A stretch of 64,000 nt of DNA, from contig JAKLFC010000005.1 of NCBI GenBank assembly GCA_022711405.1, forward strand, positions 134,278-198,277, written 5' to 3'. The notes below the pieces were generated by a model. It ran no database searches. It was not told the origin of the DNA and was given only the letters and a program-made list of their open reading frames with translations. Made by a program: the position numbers and the translations under genes. The DNA comes from Bacteroidota bacterium. Its GTDB lineage: Bacteria; Bacteroidota; Bacteroidia; Bacteroidales; JAGONC01. Shown one piece after another: positions 61,101 to 64,000 of the stretch. The stretch's first letter is position 1. The number at the start of each line of letters is the position of its first letter.

Positions 61101-64000
61101 TCCTGGCCGAATACGGCTGCAACATTTTGATCGAAGGCAACACGGTGACTAACTGTGTTGGTGTAGCCACGGTAGATGGATCAGGTTCTGCAGCCATAGC
61201 TGTCTGGGATGAGGAAAATACCACTGCAGTCATCACAAACAATATTCTGACCGGTAATTCAACAGGGATTGGAATAGCAGGAATAAACAGCGCTACACTT
61301 CCCTGGCCATGGCCTGTTGTTACCATTGGCAACGGAAACGTAATTACGGGAGGTGAATTCGGGATCACCATGGACGTCTATTCCGGCTATACCTGCAATC
61401 CCCCTGTCACGTTCGGCACAACAACCATAACAGGACAAACGGTTGCTGCAATCAGCATCGGCGATGCTGTCAGCCCCGGAACCAATTATGATATCAGCAG
61501 CATTACTCTGAGTACGACGGATAACTGCAGCAGGGAAGACCTGGTAATCCATGCCATTGATGCGGGGAACAGGGCCCTCCTGGTTTGGAATCCCAACAAT
61601 GTGTATGTGACTGTTAACAGCTTTGTGGCGCCAGAAACCGTACCAAGCATCCAGCGTGGTATTGATGCCGTGGGAGCCACAGGATGGACAGTGAATGTCT
61701 GCCCGGGTACCTATGGCATTACCACGCAGATACTGGTCAATAAAAGCGTTGACATTGTGGGGGATGTAACCAGCAGGCCTGTCGTGCAGGCTCTGAATGA
61801 TCTGAACGGAGGCACAGCCGGATCCTATATTTTCAGGGTAGACAATGCGGTAAATGCCAACGTGGACATAAGCAATCTGGTTCTGGATGGAAACGGATAT
61901 AATGTGTATGGCGGAATGAAGTATAATTCGAACCATACCGGTGTAGTTAATAATTGCAGGTTCCAGAATATTGTTGCTCCCGGCTATTCAGGATTTGGGA
62001 TCGTCGATTATGGTACCATGACCATCACAAATAACGTGTTTACGAACATCGGCAGGGTCGGTATGTGGATCGGAGGCCCGGGAAATAACGTATCGTACAA
62101 TACCTACACCGGGAAAGGCGCCATTGATTGCCTTGATTACGGTATTGAAGTCGGCTTCGGGGGAGATGCTGACATAACCTTCAATACCATAACGAATTGC
62201 AAAGGGACAGCTTCAGATTTTTCAACTTCAGCTGGGATCATGGCTACCACTTATTTCGGACCCGGAACTGCAGCCATCATTGAAAACAACGTGATAACCG
62301 GAAATACGGAGGGTATTGTGGTTGGTTATGATGAAACTGACGGCAGTACAGTGACCGTTCACAACAATGACATTTCGGGTAATACAAATTATGGGATCAT
62401 CAGCACTGCACCCACCGTTAATGCCACGTGCAACTGGTGGGGAACTGCGGACGGCGACCTTGTGCTGGATGAGACTTCAGGAAATGTCACCTATTGGCCA
62501 TGGCTGGTGAGTGGAACAAATGAAGTTCTGGCCGGGCCCGGTTTTTACCAGGCCAGCCCGATCTGCACCGGCACCCCGGTGGTCGCCTCTGCCGTACCGA
62601 CTCCTGTGTATTGCGGCCCGACACCCGGATCCATCCTGGTCATATGGACAGGAGGAACACCCAATTACACCGTAAGCTGGACCGGAACATCCAGCGGCTC
62701 GGCACCGGGCCTTGCTTCATCACCCTATACGATTGCAGGGCTGACAGCGGGTTCCTTCACGGTTACCGTAACCGACGCCAACGGATCTTCATCCACCGTG
62801 GATCCGGTTGTGGTTCAGTACCTGCCGGTGCACAATGTGACGCAGAATACCTATTATGCTACGATACAGGCGGCCATTGACGCTTTATCTACGGTCGATG
62901 GTGATGTGATCCAGGTATGTGCAGGAACATATAATGAGGCTCTGAACATAAACAAGGCTCTGACAGTACAAGGAGCAGGGTTATCCACAACTACAATTGA
63001 TGCGACAGGTAAGCTTGCCTCAGCTGTGACAATAACAGCCACAGGCAGTGTTAAACTTGATGGATTTAAAATCTTCAATGCAACTACTTCTGATGGAAAC
63101 CATTTTGAAATTACCCTCAGTGGTGGTAGCCTAGGTAGTACAATAGAAATCTCGAATAATAATATTATCGGTGCAGGAGATGCAGATAATGACGACTATG
63201 GATTTTATTCTGGATTATGTTCTTCCAATCTGATCTTCAGAAATAATACGATCAGCAACTGTGCCTCTCATTCCCTTTTCCTTGAAAGACTTCTAGGAAC
63301 CTCTGATATCAAGGACAACACGATCAATTCACGCTCTGATGCAGGTCCGGCAATTGGATTAATGACATATAAGACCTCAGGAGATCCGGTTAGCAATTAC
63401 GAGATAACAGCCAAACAATGGATCCATAATAACACTATTGACGCGAATGGCTCTAGTGGTATTTTATTAATGGCACCTTACGGATCGAGCTATGATCAGT
63501 ATCCTGGAGGTAAATACACCAATATTGAAATATCAGGTAATATAATATCTAATGTCGGTGGTAATGGTAAGGGGATACAACTTGAATCAGACGGTGACGG
63601 TGGCAGTATTGAGAATGCAATAATAACTCAAAACAGTATCAGCGCACAAATTCCTGGATCAGGCACATCACGCGGAATCAGAATGCTTGGGAATGTCATT
63701 AATACGAACATTACTGAAAATACTTTGAATGGTTTTTACAGGGGGGTTTATCAGAGCTATTCCTATGGTCAGCCTGGAATTCCTGGTCCAAGTAATAATC
63801 TGGTCAATAACAACTCAATAACCGGCTGTACCTATGCAGTCGAGAATCAATACACTGACATATTGAATGCCACCTGCAACTGGTACGGCACGGCCGATGG
63901 TGACCTGATTGCCCCGATGATTGCCGGGCCGGTTGATTACGATTCCTGGCTGTCCGATGGTACCGATAACGACGGTGCAACCCCGGGTTTCCAGTCGGTC
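58175..64000 (+). CDS. Giant secreted surface protein, 3' end cut by the window edge (>1942 aa). It has an unknown N-terminal domain, at least four right-handed parallel beta-helix modules, one cohesin-like module and two SprB/HYR-like repeats.
   Basis: It is absent from the ORF track because no stop occurs. I translated the frame from ATG 58175 by hand and it stays open to nt 64000 (exactly 1942 codons). The signal peptide is MKKNFTLVMLTGMLMFSIFSIAQ. The module starts are of the type Y.TIQ.AI.A...GD.I.V..GTY.E (nt ~59040, 60550, 61600, 62830). PbH1-like N-x-I-x-G/N repeats are present. The caps are CNWWG, CNWWG and CNWYG (59782, 62428, 63871). Confidence 0.85.
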   Translation, partial: MKKNFTLVMLTGMLMFSIFSIAQTTYTFPGGTLSGSFGVWGGTGYFYPPSFNVNAPGGIDITYFDIDVSQFTEANVWSTKGVAEPGISGSNFMNSIDPENNSVWCNILNMEIASGVDWDGHSLSTLGPDGIVGTSDDSRHQGTQDWYRKATDGKIDGPAAGPYYNNESYVTPNPRHPSATAYSASQLNSYDFRLRVLPTGGNTYTYEMWFRMHNSAAEVEGAYWAYNTALNNTAKHGTDAWRKFAQGPTDVFPITDIDLSSVYVFMGLGNFADPASHSLAWGQIQVTGTYAAPAEVWVDDGYTSSGPNDGHWWGYDAFATIQDGVNAVATGGTVNVAAGTYTEQINVIKAVIIKGNNAGVAGCGTTRNTESIVNGGFYLTAAATIDGFHIQNGYHFGSFYDGLAVNTDDVTLQNNIIELCDDAAQGNGIEMVSGSDNLDIVANDIRNNWRGIYLNPATGITITANCIHDNNGCGVGIGSDGQNNLTVTHNFFYNQTVEGWGASAVGANVVAHNNSFIQSGTAKMVAHYGGSAIDASCNWWGSASPDFTSLITGLVNADPWLVDGTDNSAEIGFQPLYDACSGTNNPVTYAAKEVKPTGSISLPVMVDNFNNVAAISLYMNFDPAILTFTGFTPHGSLPSLTATNPSSGLIIIGWNNGAAGVTIPGSKVEIVMLHFTFAGGTSLLAWDDTDDWPCEYAYPVSSWETAVYPDDPASTYYIPGWVTNLGVTFTRTYTPAPGTITAVPQGGTSPFTYSWTGPGGFTAGNTATITPTNEYGDYVVTVTDALGATTTGTYYYGPVHNIDTYIDYALLNDAIDAAATLDGHTITMDPGTYVEIGQIVVDKNLTIIGDSKTTTIIKPNADYTSSTDGWIKVVGGKTLDLSNVQLDGTGYNIFNAMYFLGDGNVDNCTITDIQYQPSGPAYRGTGILVENGCDVDITGCDFTYIGRDGIRHRGTGAVQNNTYTGKGAGDWMDYFILAEYGCNILIEGNTVTNCVGVATVDGSGSAAIAVWDEENTTAVITNNILTGNSTGIGIAGINSATLPWPWPVVTIGNGNVITGGEFGITMDVYSGYTCNPPVTFGTTTITGQTVAAISIGDAVSPGTNYDISSITLSTTDNCSREDLVIHAIDAGNRALLVWNPNNVYVTVNSFVAPETVPSIQRGIDAVGATGWTVNVCPGTYGITTQILVNKSVDIVGDVTSRPVVQALNDLNGGTAGSYIFRVDNAVNANVDISNLVLDGNGYNVYGGMKYNSNHTGVVNNCRFQNIVAPGYSGFGIVDYGTMTITNNVFTNIGRVGMWIGGPGNNVSYNTYTGKGAIDCLDYGIEVGFGGDADITFNTITNCKGTASDFSTSAGIMATTYFGPGTAAIIENNVITGNTEGIVVGYDETDGSTVTVHNNDISGNTNYGIISTAPTVNATCNWWGTADGDLVLDETSGNVTYWPWLVSGTNEVLAGPGFYQASPICTGTPVVASAVPTPVYCGPTPGSILVIWTGGTPNYTVSWTGTSSGSAPGLASSPYTIAGLTAGSFTVTVTDANGSSSTVDPVVVQYLPVHNVTQNTYYATIQAAIDALSTVDGDVIQVCAGTYNEALNINKALTVQGAGLSTTTIDATGKLASAVTITATGSVKLDGFKIFNATTSDGNHFEITLSGGSLGSTIEISNNNIIGAGDADNDDYGFYSGLCSSNLIFRNNTISNCASHSLFLERLLGTSDIKDNTINSRSDAGPAIGLMTYKTSGDPVSNYEITAKQWIHNNTIDANGSSGILLMAPYGSSYDQYPGGKYTNIEISGNIISNVGGNGKGIQLESDGDGGSIENAIITQNSISAQIPGSGTSRGIRMLGNVINTNITENTLNGFYRGVYQSYSYGQPGIPGPSNNLVNNNSITGCTYAVENQYTDILNATCNWYGTADGDLIAPMIAGPVDYDSWLSDGTDNDGATPGFQSV

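Noticed and set aside
60113-61936. Minus-strand ORFs of 191 aa (60113-60688) and 225 aa (61259-61936), plus plus-strand ORFs at 60720-61130 and 62611-62880
   Set aside because: All lie inside the continuous frame-2 ORF that runs from 58175 to the window end. That ORF has coherent repeated domain structure, and these alternatives do not.

Overview
This 64-kb chromosomal window reads as Bacteroidota. Several secreted proteins end in type-A T9SS sorting domains. Genes are preceded by TAnnTTTG -7 boxes rather than Shine-Dalgarno sites. The gene set includes type III glutamine synthetase, DUF4199 and SprB/HYR-like repeats. All family names below come from motif recognition by eye; no database search was possible.

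I support 45 protein-coding loci. Two are cut by the window edges, one is frameshifted, and one is an IS transposase. I also support tRNA-Lys(UUU) and the small SRP RNA. Mobile and repeat content:
- one complete 1496-bp IS4-like element with an 11-bp target duplication
- two copies of a ~152-bp MITE-like element
- four copies of a GC-rich compound palindrome, one of which encloses a MITE copy
- a family of G-poor heptamer/decamer simple-sequence spacers

Functional blocks:
- a compact DUF4199-GT2-GT4 plus complete GDP-D-glycero-alpha-D-manno-heptose pathway cluster (hddA, gmhA, hddC, gmhB)
- a pstS-like/pstS/pstC/pstA/pstB/porin operon, plus a second PiT/DUF47 phosphate system
- housekeeping genes (tsaC, glnN, kdsA, rarA, cstA, rbr)
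- T9SS cargo proteins: a repeat protein, an M1 aminopeptidase, a BNR-propeller protein and a GH53 galactanase
- a B12-radical-SAM/MFS pair

The most interesting region is 49.6-64 kb:
- A secreted protein has an N-terminal dockerin and three Fibrobacter-type paralogous domains.
- It is followed by a PAS/GAF kinase and a sigma-54 activator carrying GAFTGA.
- An IS insertion separates the activator from an imperfect sigma-54-like promoter.
- Downstream are a pseudo-receiver and a surface protein of more than 1942 aa. That protein is built from beta-helix modules capped by a CNW(W/Y)G motif, SprB-like repeats and one cohesin-like module.

My best candidate for an undescribed system is therefore a sigma-54-controlled cohesin-dockerin surface assembly. 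This is inference, not demonstration. No CRISPR array, prophage, reverse transcriptase or recognisable defence system is visible.
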